A stretch of DNA of 50,627 nt from Nitrospirota bacterium (GTDB lineage: Bacteria; JACPQY01): assembly GCA_016180645.1 (NCBI GenBank), contig JACPAV010000002.1:124001-174627 (forward strand), read 5' to 3'. Both the position numbers and the translations under genes were made by a program. Below the pieces are notes generated by a model. That model saw only the letters and a program-made list of their open reading frames with translations. It did not search any database and was not told the origin of the DNA. Shown in pieces: positions 14,857 to 24,914 of this stretch. Numbering within the stretch: position 1 is the first letter of the stretch; every line of letters starts with the position of its first letter.

Positions 14857-16335
14857 TTAGTGGGCTGAATCTGCGCGATAGTGGGGGCCTTTCGACTCGG
14901 CTCGATCGAGCGCTGCCTGCGCGATCAGGGTACCCGCCTTCGCCGCGAGTTCCGAGATCGACCCCGATTCGGAGAAGTCGATTCGGTCTCGCTCGCAAGA
15001 AATTTCATCAAGAATGGAATTCAGCGAATGAATGCCCTGCTCCAGTCCCTCTTGGGTACGGACCACCCCAACTGCACGGGACATGACATCCCGGATGACG
15101 GCCAACCGCCGGCGCTCTACCTCGCGCCGACCAGAGAGTGACACAATGTCACGCTGCGGCCTCACGCGACGTGCTGTGGCGCCTGATGCGCGCCGAATTT
15201 CGGTCCAACGCGCCGCGCTCTCGCCGGCACGCCGACCGAATACGAGACAGGCCGGAATCATCGTGCCTCCCAAGCGATCGGCCCCGTGGATGCCGCCCGC
15301 GGCTTCCCCAACCGCGTACAGGCCTTCCACCGTGGTGCGGCCCCATTCATCCGTCTCGATGCCGCCGTTGAACGCATGCGCGGCGTGGAAGACATCCAGG
15401 ATTGCGTTTCGCCCGTGGGTCAGCCTCATCCGTGGCCGCGGGGATTCAGCCACGGCCGCATCGAAAGGGTAGGACGCGTCGCGCGTGCTGAAGGGAAAGT
15501 GCCCCGAGCGATCACGGTAGATCCGATCCACGTCCCCGCCAGGCGGAAGCGAGCGTCGAATCGCCTCGGCGAGCGGCGGTTCGGGAACGGCCCATCCGGA
15601 GGCCAGCTCATTGCACGAAAAGAACTCCGGGTATTTCTTCCCGGGTCGAGCGAGCATGAACTGGATGAATTCCAGCCCTCTGAGTTTCGCGCCTGCCTGG
15701 GAGGCCAGGGCGTACCCGAGTCCCCAGTTGCCGGGGTCGCCCAGGAAATGGCGGTACAGCCCCGCGGCGCCGCCGGTCGCCAGAATCACGGCGCGGGCGA
15801 AAACGACTTCGGATTCACCCTTCCGATTCACGCCCCGGACTCCCACCACTCTTCCGGCTTCCAGAAGAAGACCGAGGGCGGTCCAGCGATTCATGGCTGT
15901 GATGGATCGCGCCAGTTTCCGGAATGCGCGGCGGTGTTCGTCGATGCACACGGCGTGTTCGCGCCGGCCGAAGCATCCGCGTACGCGAACAGATCCACCG
16001 CCCGCCGTTCGCAGCCGAGCGCCCCAACGAAGGAGCTCTTCAAGTTGCGTCCACGATTCATCCACCAGAATTTCAGCACGGCGGGAATCGATCTCGTCGC
16101 CCCCCGCATCCAGAATTTCACGGACGATTTCGTTCCGGGTTTCCGCCGGATCGGAGGGAAGTACCGTTTGATACCCCCAACTCCGGTTCAAGAAGTAGAA
16201 GCTGGAACCGGAGTAGCCGGCATGCCCTTTGTCGAGAAGCATCACCCGTGCCCCGGCCCGTAGTGCCGCGGCGGCAGCCCAGATTCCCGCGGCGCCACCA
16301 CCGACGACGGCGACTTCGGTGGAATGGACGTTCAC
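14857..16335 (-). CDS. FAD-dependent oxidoreductase of the NadB/SdhA/FrdA flavoprotein family (divergent)
   Basis: VVGGGAAG, VILATGG, LEFIQF, TTVEGLYAVGEAAGGIHGADRLGG and RAESKGPHYRAD. Confidence 0.8.
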   Translation of the reverse strand: MNVHSTEVAVVGGGAAGIWAAAAALRAGARVMLLDKGHAGYSGSSFYFLNRSWGYQTVLPSDPAETRNEIVREILDAGGDEIDSRRAEILVDESWTQLEELLRWGARLRTAGGGSVRVRGCFGRREHAVCIDEHRRAFRKLARSITAMNRWTALGLLLEAGRVVGVRGVNRKGESEVVFARAVILATGGAAGLYRHFLGDPGNWGLGYALASQAGAKLRGLEFIQFMLARPGKKYPEFFSCNELASGWAVPEPPLAEAIRRSLPPGGDVDRIYRDRSGHFPFSTRDASYPFDAAVAESPRPRMRLTHGRNAILDVFHAAHAFNGGIETDEWGRTTVEGLYAVGEAAGGIHGADRLGGTMIPACLVFGRRAGESAARWTEIRRASGATARRVRPQRDIVSLSGRREVERRRLAVIRDVMSRAVGVVRTQEGLEQGIHSLNSILDEISCERDRIDFSESGSISELAAKAGTLIAQAALDRAESKGPHYRADSAH

Positions 16336-16545
16336 ACGGAAATAATCGTTCGAAACCGAAAAAGGTGAAGGCCGTTCTTGACTTCGGTGGCAGGCGGCAG
16401 CAGGAAGAAGGAAGAAAACCAGCCCCTCCCCCCTTGTGCTTCAAGTTCCGACAGATTACGGACGAATACATGATCGTTCGGGAACCGAACAAACTTGACA
16501 GATACAAGTTAATGATTTACGGATAGATCAACTACAGGATGTAGT

Positions 16546-17616
16546 ATGCCAATCGGGGTCGGAAAAGAAATCAGGATCGGTTCGAGGGTCGTCGGTGATC
16601 GGCATCCCTGCTTCATCATTGCGGAGGCCGGCAGCAACCACAACGGAAACCTGGAGCAGGCGTATCGACTGATCGACGTTGCCGCGGAGGCGGGAGCGGA
16701 TGCCGTGAAGTTCCAGAATTTTCGAGCTGAGAAACTCTATCCGCCCACGGCGGGGGAATCCGACTACCTGAAACGAGAGAAGGGGATCTTCGACATCATC
16801 CGCGAGATGGAGATGCCGGATGGGTGGGTGGCACGGCTGGCGGATTACTGCGGAGAGAAGAAGATCTTTTTCCTCTCCACCCCGTTCGATGAAGAGTCGG
16901 TCGATCTGATTGATCCTTTCGTGCCCGCATACAAGGTTGCTTCGTGCGAGATGACGCACTATCCCCTGCTTTCGCACATGGTCTCGAAGAAGAAGCCGAT
17001 CATCATGTCCACGGCCTGCTCCACTTTGGAGGAAGTGGTGGACGCCGTCGGTTTCATTCGAAGCCTCGGGCACGAGGACCTGATCCTGCTCCAGTGCACG
17101 GGCAAGTACCCCGCGCCCATGGAGGGGCTGAATCTCCGGTCACTCCCGGCGATGCGCGAAGCCACGGGGTGCTTGGTGGGCTTGTCTGACCATTCGAGAG
17201 ATCCCCTCGTCGGGCCCGTGGCCGCTGTGGCCCTCGGCGCGTGCGCCGTGGAGAAACATTTCACCCTGAGCAACCGACTCCCCGGTCCCGACCACGGCTT
17301 TGCACTCACGCCGGAGGGAGTGGCTGCGATGGTAAAGGCCATTCGGCAGGCCGAGGCGGCGCTGGGCGACGGCCGCAAGATTCACAACGAACTTGAGGAG
17401 GAAATCCGACTCTTCGCCCGACGCAGCGTTTTCACGATTCGCGCCATCCGCAAAGGAGAACGGTTCACCCGCGAGAATACGGCCGTCCTCCGAAACGGAA
17501 AACACCCCGCGGGACTCCATCCCCGGCAGTACCCCCACCTTCTGGGAAGCACGGCGGCATATCCGCTGAAAGCCTTCGAACCGATTCCGCCGGAGAGCGT
17601 CCACAAGGCCGGATGA
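16546..17616 (+). CDS. neuB: Nonulosonic acid synthase (NeuB/LegI/PseI family) with C-terminal SAF domain
   Basis: FIIAEAGSNHNG, ADAVKFQ, STPFD, YKVAS, GLSDHS, EKHFTL and RRSVF. Confidence 0.9.
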   Translation: MPIGVGKEIRIGSRVVGDRHPCFIIAEAGSNHNGNLEQAYRLIDVAAEAGADAVKFQNFRAEKLYPPTAGESDYLKREKGIFDIIREMEMPDGWVARLADYCGEKKIFFLSTPFDEESVDLIDPFVPAYKVASCEMTHYPLLSHMVSKKKPIIMSTACSTLEEVVDAVGFIRSLGHEDLILLQCTGKYPAPMEGLNLRSLPAMREATGCLVGLSDHSRDPLVGPVAAVALGACAVEKHFTLSNRLPGPDHGFALTPEGVAAMVKAIRQAEAALGDGRKIHNELEEEIRLFARRSVFTIRAIRKGERFTRENTAVLRNGKHPAGLHPRQYPHLLGSTAAYPLKAFEPIPPESVHKAG

Positions 17617-17630
17617 GAGGCATGTAGTCG

Positions 17631-18614
17631 ATGAATCGCCCACTCGGCGGGGATCCCGGAACCGAGCGGCCTCCGAGGCATAGAGTCTTGGTTTCGGCTC
17701 CTCCGCTCATTCAATCGTTGGACGCCTTCAGGGAAGTCTTCGTCCGGCACGGGATCGAGATCGTCGTAGCCCAGGCGCAGCAACGGCTTGGCGAGGCGGA
17801 GTTGATTCCACTCGTTCGTGATATTGACGGGACGATCTGTTCCGACGACGAGTACAACGATCGAGTCCTCGAAGCGGCGCCGCGTCTCAAGGTGATATCC
17901 AGGTGGGGAACCGGGATGGACTCCATCGACCTGACGAGCGCGGAGCGCCGAGGCATCCGGGTGACGAACGTGCCCGGCGCCTTCACGGAACCGGTCGCCG
18001 ATACCGTCCTGGCCTTCATGCTCGCCTTCTCCCGACGGATCGTGGAGAGCGACCGCATCGTGCGAAGCGGCTCATGGGAGAAGACTGCATCCCGTTCGCT
18101 GGGTGAATGCGCGCTGGGGGTCATCGGGGTCGGCGAGATAGGGAAAGCCGTCATCCGGCGAGCCTCCGCCTTCGGCATGCGTGTGCTGGGCCACGATCCG
18201 GTCAGCCCCCCCGCGGACTTTCTCCAGGCCCATCGCGTGAGCATGGTTCCTCTCCAAGATCTTCTCCGGACGGCCGATTTCGCAAGCCTCAACTGTTCTC
18301 TGAATCCCACGTCCCACCATCTCATCGGGGACGCCGAACTCCGTCTCATGAAACCGTCGGCCTACCTGATCAACACCTCCCGCGGGCCCGTGGTGGACGA
18401 GAACGCCCTGGCCCGCGCCCTCGCCGAAGGAAGGATTGCCGGCGCCGCTCTCGATGTCTTCGAAAACGAGCCCCTGCCCGCCCACAGCCCGCTCCGAAAG
18501 TACGACCACTGCTTCCTCGCGCCTCACAATGCCAACGCCAGTCCGGCGGCTTGGCGCATGACGCACGAGCGAGCCATCCTCAACCTCCTCAGCGCACTGG
18601 AAGGTGACGCATGA
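17631..18614 (+). CDS. D-isomer-specific 2-hydroxyacid dehydrogenase (phosphoglycerate dehydrogenase-like)
   Basis: LKVISRWGTGMDSID, GVIGVGEIG, LINTSRGPVVDE, ALDVFENEPL and APHNA. Confidence 0.88.
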   Translation: MNRPLGGDPGTERPPRHRVLVSAPPLIQSLDAFREVFVRHGIEIVVAQAQQRLGEAELIPLVRDIDGTICSDDEYNDRVLEAAPRLKVISRWGTGMDSIDLTSAERRGIRVTNVPGAFTEPVADTVLAFMLAFSRRIVESDRIVRSGSWEKTASRSLGECALGVIGVGEIGKAVIRRASAFGMRVLGHDPVSPPADFLQAHRVSMVPLQDLLRTADFASLNCSLNPTSHHLIGDAELRLMKPSAYLINTSRGPVVDENALARALAEGRIAGAALDVFENEPLPAHSPLRKYDHCFLAPHNANASPAAWRMTHERAILNLLSALEGDA

Positions 18615-19510
18615 AAGGCGGGAGGGCGCCTGAAGTCACGGTCATCATTCCGGGATACAACTGCGCTCGCTACGTGCGAGAGTGCATCGAAACCATACTG
18701 GCCCAAAGCTACAAGAACCTGGAAATCGTATTTGTAGACGACGGCTCGACCGACGACACGCCGAAGGTGGTCCAGTCCTTCAAGGACGCGGTTCGATATT
18801 TTCGGAGGGACAGGCCGAGCGGTGGACCTTTCATCCCCCGCAATGTCGCCATTCGCGCGTCCAGAGGTCGGTACATCGCTCTGATCGACGCGGACGACCG
18901 CTGGCTCCCTGAGAAGCTGGACCGCCAGATGGAAGTCTTCGGCCAAAACCCGGATCTCGGGCTGGTGTACTCGGACTCGTACTGCTACCGTGAAGGCCGT
19001 CGCATCTCTCGATGCTTCGACGTGGCCCCGCCCCACCGAGGCCATGTCTTCCCCGATCTCCTGGTCCGCAACTTTATTCCAGGGCTGACGCCTGTGATTC
19101 CCCGATCGGTCTTCGATGCCATCGGACTATTCGATGAACGATTCCGCACCGCGGGTGACTACGAGTATTGGATCCGCGTGTCACGGCACTACCCGGTCGA
19201 TTTCGTCGGGGCGCCCTTGGCCGAATACAGACTTCATGCCGACAACCTCAGTTGGGTCTACGTGGAACTCCAATACCAGGAAGTGATGACCATCTTTCAG
19301 GATCTTCTGCGCGAGCATCCCCGGAGGATCGCGCCCCACAAGGCCGTGATCTTGGAACACTGGCCGAAGTGGCACCGCGCGATGGCGCGTCATCATTTCC
19401 GGAAAAGAAAAATGGGCCTTGCCGTTTTATTCTACTCGAAATATGTGTTGAAGATCCTTCCCGGCGGGTCGCCCTCCAATAACATCCGGAGCGCCGCATC
19501 GGCAAACTGA
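18611..19510 (+). CDS. Glycosyltransferase family 2
   Basis: VTVIIPGYN, VDDGSTD, YIALIDADD and FDERFRTAGDYEYW. Confidence 0.9.
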   Translation: MKGGRAPEVTVIIPGYNCARYVRECIETILAQSYKNLEIVFVDDGSTDDTPKVVQSFKDAVRYFRRDRPSGGPFIPRNVAIRASRGRYIALIDADDRWLPEKLDRQMEVFGQNPDLGLVYSDSYCYREGRRISRCFDVAPPHRGHVFPDLLVRNFIPGLTPVIPRSVFDAIGLFDERFRTAGDYEYWIRVSRHYPVDFVGAPLAEYRLHADNLSWVYVELQYQEVMTIFQDLLREHPRRIAPHKAVILEHWPKWHRAMARHHFRKRKMGLAVLFYSKYVLKILPGGSPSNNIRSAASAN

Positions 19511-19568
19511 AAGTAAGGCGAAAAGAAAGCGGCAGCCCTCAGATTTCCGAACCCCCACACCAAGGTAC

Positions 19569-20561
19569 TCAGGTCGCGCGCAGGGAGTCGAACCAGGATC
19601 GGGTCGCTTCCTGGATCTTCTCCGCTGTCCAAACGGGTGCGTCCCGCCAGTCTTCAATTCGTTCCAAGACTCTCCTCACCCCTTCCGCAAAGCTCACCAG
19701 CGGTTCCCAACCCAACAACTCTCGAACCCGAGCAATATCCGCATGCGTACAGTCCGGCTCCCCGGGTCTTCGGGGCAGACGGACCTTCGGCCCTCCTCCC
19801 AGCAGACCAACCAATTCATTGACACTGTGGCATTGCCCGGTTCCAATATTCAGGGGCACCCCCGAGAGATCCGATTCCGCGGCTTGCAGAAACGCCCGAG
19901 CGACATCCGTCACATAGGTGAAATCGCGCGTTTGGGTCCCGTCTCCCACCACTGTGAAGGGCTTGCCGTTCAGCTTCTGGGCCAGGAATACGCCGAAGAC
20001 CGCGCCATAGGCGCCGGTGGTTCGCGATCTCGGTCCGAAAACGTTAAACAGCCTCAAGGACACGGCCGGCATCTTGTAGACTTCCGCCCAATGGAGAACA
20101 ATCTCCTCGCCCAGCCACTTGGTCAGGGCGTAGGGGTATCGGGGACGGATGGGCGCCGTTTCCGGCGTAGGGTATGCGTCCGGGATCCCGTAGCACGAGG
20201 AGGAAGCCGCGTACAGGAATCGCTTCACCCGCGCAGCCCTCGCCGCCTCCATCACGGCCAGAGTCCCATCCACGTTGGAGTGAAAGTAGGCCGATGGGTT
20301 CTCCACCGAGGGCACAATGTCCGCCAATCCCGCCAAATGGAACACCCAATCGACCCCCTTGAAGAGCGGCAGGATCTCGACCGCGGCCGCAATGTCCTTT
20401 TCCCACACCCGGACCTTCCCGGCCATTGGATTCTTCCCCAGATTGTCCCGACGACCGGTGCAGAAGTTGTCAAGGACATCGACCTCGTGTCCTGCGGCCA
20501 GCAGAGAGTCAACCAAATGGCTCCCGATGAAGCCCCCGCCCCCGGTCACCAGTGTCCGCAT
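19569..20561 (-). CDS. NAD-dependent nucleotide-sugar epimerase/dehydratase
   Basis: [26 protein letters not shown] (YxxxK) and FNVFGPR. Confidence 0.9.
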   Translation of the reverse strand: MRTLVTGGGGFIGSHLVDSLLAAGHEVDVLDNFCTGRRDNLGKNPMAGKVRVWEKDIAAAVEILPLFKGVDWVFHLAGLADIVPSVENPSAYFHSNVDGTLAVMEAARAARVKRFLYAASSSCYGIPDAYPTPETAPIRPRYPYALTKWLGEEIVLHWAEVYKMPAVSLRLFNVFGPRSRTTGAYGAVFGVFLAQKLNGKPFTVVGDGTQTRDFTYVTDVARAFLQAAESDLSGVPLNIGTGQCHSVNELVGLLGGGPKVRLPRRPGEPDCTHADIARVRELLGWEPLVSFAEGVRRVLERIEDWRDAPVWTAEKIQEATRSWFDSLRAT

Positions 20562-20659
20562 GTTAGCCCTATCGATTCGGCTTCCAGTTCAGAGCTTCCC
20601 AAGGCTAAAGCGACCTTCGAAAACGTCCGAATACTTGTTTGTTAAGCGCATGAACATTG

Positions 20660-20688
20660 TTGACAAATACAACATTTTGGACTAACCT
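20660..20688 (+). promoter_or_regulatory. Putative sigma70 promoter for the 20845-27399 unit
   Basis: TTGACA (20660-20665), 17 bp spacer, TAACCT (20683-20688), in an AT-rich divergent intergenic region. Confidence 0.5.
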
Positions 20689-20844
20689 TCCATAGGGTAC
20701 CATATCATGTGTTCTTGTACAGGGACGTACATGTGGAAGTCTTCGCAGGCCCGCCCTCTCTCCCCTGCCGGTCATATCGAGAAAATTGAAGCCCTTTGGG
20801 AAGTTCCATGAAGTTTCTTTCATGACCCCCGGTTTCGAGGTGGC

Positions 20845-21831
20845 GTGACCACATCCGCCCGGCCGTACTCCATCGGAACCGCCTTGGTAACGGGCGCGGC
20901 CGGTTTTATCGGCTCGAACCTGGTCCGTCTCCTGTCCCAACATGCCGAGAGGATCATAGCCCTTGACAATCTGTCCACTGGGTACCTGGACAACCTCGAT
21001 GGAATTCCTCGTGTCAAGTTTGTCCAAGGCGATGTCCGTCATCCGATGACCGTACAGCGGGCTGCGGAGGGAGCCGAAGTGATCTTCCATTTGGCGGCGC
21101 AGGTTGGAAATCTCCGTTCTCTGGAGGACCCGGTTGCGGATCTCGACGTGAACGTGATGGGCACGGTCCGTCTGCTGGAAGCGGCCAGGAAGATGAAGAT
21201 ACCGAAATTCATCTACTCCTCCTCAGCGGCGATCTTCGGCGAGCCGGTCCGTTTGCCCATTTCCGAATCCCACCCGCTCGCCCCTCCGACTCCCTATGCG
21301 GCATCGAAATTGGCGGGTGAGCAGTACGCCCTGTGCTATTCGCAACTGCATGGAATCGGGGTCGTCTGCCTCCGCTATTTCAACGTCTACGGGCCCCACC
21401 AGCGATACGATGCCTACGGAAATGTCATTCCGATCTTCGCGAGACGGATGCACGAAGGTGGGCCGCTGAGGGTGTATGGGAGCGGGAAACAAACCCGTGA
21501 TTTCGTTCACGTGGCGGACGTAGCTCGGGCCAATCTCCTGGCCGCCGTCACCCCGGGCACCCAGGGTGTTTTCAACATCGGAAGCGGAATTCCCACCACC
21601 GTGAACGACCTCGTTCACCTCATCCGATCCCTCTCGGGGTCGGGCTGCGAAGTAGAGTACCATCCCGCCAGGCCGGGGGAAGTCCTGCACAGCGTGAGTG
21701 ACATTTCCGCCGCGAGGTCGGTCCTCGGCTACAGGCCCCACCTTCCTCTTCGGGAGGGTCTGGCGGACTACTTGGCCTGGTCTGCGCGATGCCAGGAGGG
21801 GCAGGACCCGGTGAAGGCGGTCACCGCATGA
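20845..21831 (+). CDS. NAD-dependent epimerase/dehydratase (UDP-hexose 4-epimerase-like)
   Basis: TGAAGFIGS, SSSAAIFG, YAASK and YFNVYGP. Confidence 0.9.
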   Translation: MTTSARPYSIGTALVTGAAGFIGSNLVRLLSQHAERIIALDNLSTGYLDNLDGIPRVKFVQGDVRHPMTVQRAAEGAEVIFHLAAQVGNLRSLEDPVADLDVNVMGTVRLLEAARKMKIPKFIYSSSAAIFGEPVRLPISESHPLAPPTPYAASKLAGEQYALCYSQLHGIGVVCLRYFNVYGPHQRYDAYGNVIPIFARRMHEGGPLRVYGSGKQTRDFVHVADVARANLLAAVTPGTQGVFNIGSGIPTTVNDLVHLIRSLSGSGCEVEYHPARPGEVLHSVSDISAARSVLGYRPHLPLREGLADYLAWSARCQEGQDPVKAVTA

Positions 21832-22718
21832 AAGTGCTGATCCTCGGTGGAGGGGGCATGTTGGGTCACAAGCTCTGGCAGCTTTCCCGGAGCCGGTTCG
21901 ACACCTATGTGACCGTCCGCCAGAGCTTCGAGGTTTACGCTCCCTACCATCTCCTCGAACCTTCCAAAACGAGGACCCACGTGGACGTGGGCCGGATCGA
22001 AACCGTTGCGAAAACGTTGGAGGCCGTCGCACCGGATGTGGTGGTCAACTGCGTGGGGGTGCTCAAGCAACTCCCGGAAGCGCGGGACCCGATCCTCAGC
22101 ATTCATATTAACGCACTCTTTCCCCATCAACTCGCGGCCCTCTGTTCGAGAGTGGACGCCCGCCTGATCCATGTCAGCACCGATTGTATTTTCTCGGGAT
22201 CCAGAGGGAACTATTCGGAAGACGATCCCGCCGACCCGGGCGACTTGTACGCCAAAACGAAACACCTCGGCGAGGTGGCGGGACCTTCCGTCCTGACGCT
22301 CCGCGCATCCTTCATCGGCCGTCAACTCCACCAGAGCCACGGCCTCGTCGAATGGTTCCTGAGCCACCGCGGGGGCAAGGTCCAGGGATATACGAACGTC
22401 ATCTTCAACGGCCTGACCACCTTGAGCTTGGGCCGATGCATCGCAGATCTGATCGAGCATCATCCGCGCCTGTCCGGGGTCTACCACGTTTCGTCCGATC
22501 CCATTAGCAAGCACGACCTCCTGTGCCTCTTGCGCCGGGCCTACGACCTTCCCATACAGATCGAGCCCGCTCACGATATCCGCGTCAACCGGAGCCTCGA
22601 CTCCCATCGATTCCAATCCGCCACCGGCTTCTCCTCCCCTTCTTGGGCGGAGATGGTTGAAACGATGGCGTCCGACTCCACGCCCTATGACCTGTGGAGG
22701 CAGAGCCTTGCTGCTTGA
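21828..22718 (+). CDS. RmlD-like nucleotide-sugar 4-reductase (WbvR-type)
   Basis: ILGGGGMLGH, HVSTDCIFSG and YAKTK. The ATG at 21828 overlaps the upstream stop (ATGA). Confidence 0.85.
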   Translation: MKVLILGGGGMLGHKLWQLSRSRFDTYVTVRQSFEVYAPYHLLEPSKTRTHVDVGRIETVAKTLEAVAPDVVVNCVGVLKQLPEARDPILSIHINALFPHQLAALCSRVDARLIHVSTDCIFSGSRGNYSEDDPADPGDLYAKTKHLGEVAGPSVLTLRASFIGRQLHQSHGLVEWFLSHRGGKVQGYTNVIFNGLTTLSLGRCIADLIEHHPRLSGVYHVSSDPISKHDLLCLLRRAYDLPIQIEPAHDIRVNRSLDSHRFQSATGFSSPSWAEMVETMASDSTPYDLWRQSLAA

Positions 22719-23754
22719 CGAAAAACGCATTCTCGTCACGGGGGGGACCGGTTCATTAGGCCAAGCCCTGGTCCGCCGACTGCTGAGCGGCGAAGTCGGC
22801 ACTCCGGCGCGTATTACCGTCTTCTCCCGGGACGAAGCCAAACAGCACACCATGCGTTTGGAGTACTTCAGGCGGCAAGCAGCCACGGATGAAATTATTT
22901 ACGAGAAGGCCCGAGAACTCTTGAGGTTCCATGTGGGCGACGTTCGCGACTACTCGGCCGTGCTGGACGCCGTTCGAGAGTCTGAAGTCATCGTACACGC
23001 GGCCGCCATGAAACAAGTTCCAACCTGCGAGTACTTCCCGAACGAAGTCATTCGGACGAACGTGCAAGGCGCCCAAAATGTGGTCCGTTCCATCAAGGAA
23101 AACCACACTTCCGTGGAAACGGTCGTCGGCGTTTCAACCGACAAGGCCTGCAAGCCGGTCAATATTATGGGAATGACCAAGGCGCTCCAGGAACGGATCT
23201 TGATCCAGGCCAATCTCGATGGTCCCCACACGCGATTCGTCTGTGTGCGCTACGGCAATGTGGTCGGCTCCCGGGGATCCGTGGTGCCCCTTTTCCTCGA
23301 TCAAATCGAACGAGGGGGACCCGTCTCCATCACCGTCCCGGAGATGACCCGATTCCTTCTCAGCCTGGATCGCGCGGTGACCACGGTTTTCGACGCGTTG
23401 CGCTACAGCGAGCCCGGTGACACGCTGATTCCCAAGCTCCCAGCGGCCCGGGTCACACAGATAGCCGAGACCCTGATCGACGGAAGGGACATCCCCGTGG
23501 TCCATATGGGCATCCGTCCGGGTGAAAAGGTGCACGAGATCCTCATCTCCGAGGAGGAGCGCCACCGAGCAAGCGATCGGAACGAATACTACGTCATCGA
23601 GCCCGTTCTGCCTGAACTCCGTCCGAAGTCCGTCCGACCCCCCGCCCTGCGCGCCGAATATTCCTCCCAAGACGTGACTCTGGACGGGAACGGGCTGCGC
23701 GCGCTTCTGGCCCCTTACCTGCCGCCCCGAAAGGCCTTCGGCCTGGTCGCATGA
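22708..23754 (+). CDS. UDP-GlcNAc 4,6-dehydratase/epimerase (WbjB/FnlA/CapE-like)
   Basis: TGGTGSLG, FSRDEAKQ, HAAAMKQVPTCE, STDKACKPVNIMGMTK, RYGNVVGSRGSV and GIRPGEKVHE. TTG start at 22708. Confidence 0.88.
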   Translation: MLLDEKRILVTGGTGSLGQALVRRLLSGEVGTPARITVFSRDEAKQHTMRLEYFRRQAATDEIIYEKARELLRFHVGDVRDYSAVLDAVRESEVIVHAAAMKQVPTCEYFPNEVIRTNVQGAQNVVRSIKENHTSVETVVGVSTDKACKPVNIMGMTKALQERILIQANLDGPHTRFVCVRYGNVVGSRGSVVPLFLDQIERGGPVSITVPEMTRFLLSLDRAVTTVFDALRYSEPGDTLIPKLPAARVTQIAETLIDGRDIPVVHMGIRPGEKVHEILISEEERHRASDRNEYYVIEPVLPELRPKSVRPPALRAEYSSQDVTLDGNGLRALLAPYLPPRKAFGLVA

Positions 23755-24914
23755 GAATCATGACCGTTTTCGGGACGCGTCCCGAAATCATCCGTCTAAG
23801 TCTCATTATCCAACGCCTGGACGCTCTGTGCGAGCAAACCCTGGTGCACACCGGGCAGAACTTCGATCCGAACCTGAGCGACGTCTTTTTCCGCGAGCTC
23901 GGCCTGCGGCAGCCCGACGTCCATCTCGACGTGCAGACCGGTGATTTCGCCGATCAAGTCGGCCAGATCCTCAGTCGAGTGGGGAAGAGCATGACGCAGG
24001 TCAATCCGGATCGCGTGCTGATACTCGGCGACACGAACAGCGGTCTTGCAGCCATCGTCGCCGCCCGGCTAGGAATTCCCGTCTTTCACTTGGAAGCCGG
24101 CAACCGATGCTACGACGACCGGGTGCCCGAGGAAATCAATCGTCGCATCATCGACCACTCGAGCAGCATCCTCATGCCCTACACCCATCGCAGCAAGGAA
24201 AATCTCCTGCGGGAGGGCATCGATCGCGACCGCATTTTCGTGGTCGGCAACCCCATCTATGAGGTGCTCCAGACCTACGGAGACAGGGCTCAGCCTGACA
24301 TCGTCCTCAAGCGGCTCGGATTGAACCGGGGCGGCTACTTCTTGGTCACGCTCCACCGCGCGGAGAACGTGAATGACGCGTCCCGCCTGGCGAACATGCT
24401 CGACGGGCTGCGCCGGCTTCATGAAAGTTGGGAGGCACCGATCGTCGTCAGCTTGCATCCTCATACGGCCGACCGAATGAGTCGGTACGGATTGCAAACG
24501 GATTCGAACGGCATCCGACTGCTCAAGCCGCTCGGCTTCCTCGATTTCGTCGGACTGGAACGCAACAGCAGGTGCGTGCTCACCGACAGCGGCACCGTAC
24601 AGGAAGAATGCTGCATCCTCGGAATACCCAACGTCACCCTCCGGGACGTCACCGAGAGGCCGGAAACCATCGAGTGTGGGAGCAACATTCTGACCGGCTC
24701 AGACCCGGACGCCATCGTCCGAGCGACGTCGGTGGCGCTCCGCTCGCCGGCCGCTTGGCCCGTTCCGTCCGAATATACCACCCCCCAAGCCTCATTCACC
24801 GTTGCCAAGATTGTTCTGGGCTACCACCGGGCGGCGCAGGTCTCCGGCGCCCCGGCCTCGTTCGAGCCTCCGAGCAGTGAAGCGTTCGGCTCATGCGCAT
24901 CGTCTTCCTCCTAG
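23751..24914 (+). CDS. Non-hydrolysing UDP-HexNAc 2-epimerase (WbjD/FnlC/WecB family)
   Basis: GTRPEIIRL, HTGQNFD, LGDTNS, HLEAGNRCYD..PEEINR, TDSGTVQEE and TERPE. Confidence 0.9.
   Translation: MRIMTVFGTRPEIIRLSLIIQRLDALCEQTLVHTGQNFDPNLSDVFFRELGLRQPDVHLDVQTGDFADQVGQILSRVGKSMTQVNPDRVLILGDTNSGLAAIVAARLGIPVFHLEAGNRCYDDRVPEEINRRIIDHSSSILMPYTHRSKENLLREGIDRDRIFVVGNPIYEVLQTYGDRAQPDIVLKRLGLNRGGYFLVTLHRAENVNDASRLANMLDGLRRLHESWEAPIVVSLHPHTADRMSRYGLQTDSNGIRLLKPLGFLDFVGLERNSRCVLTDSGTVQEECCILGIPNVTLRDVTERPETIECGSNILTGSDPDAIVRATSVALRSPAAWPVPSEYTTPQASFTVAKIVLGYHRAAQVSGAPASFEPPSSEAFGSCASSSS

Noticed and set aside
14857-16335. Annotation as nadB or sdhA
   Set aside because: Key motif residues differ and partner genes are absent.
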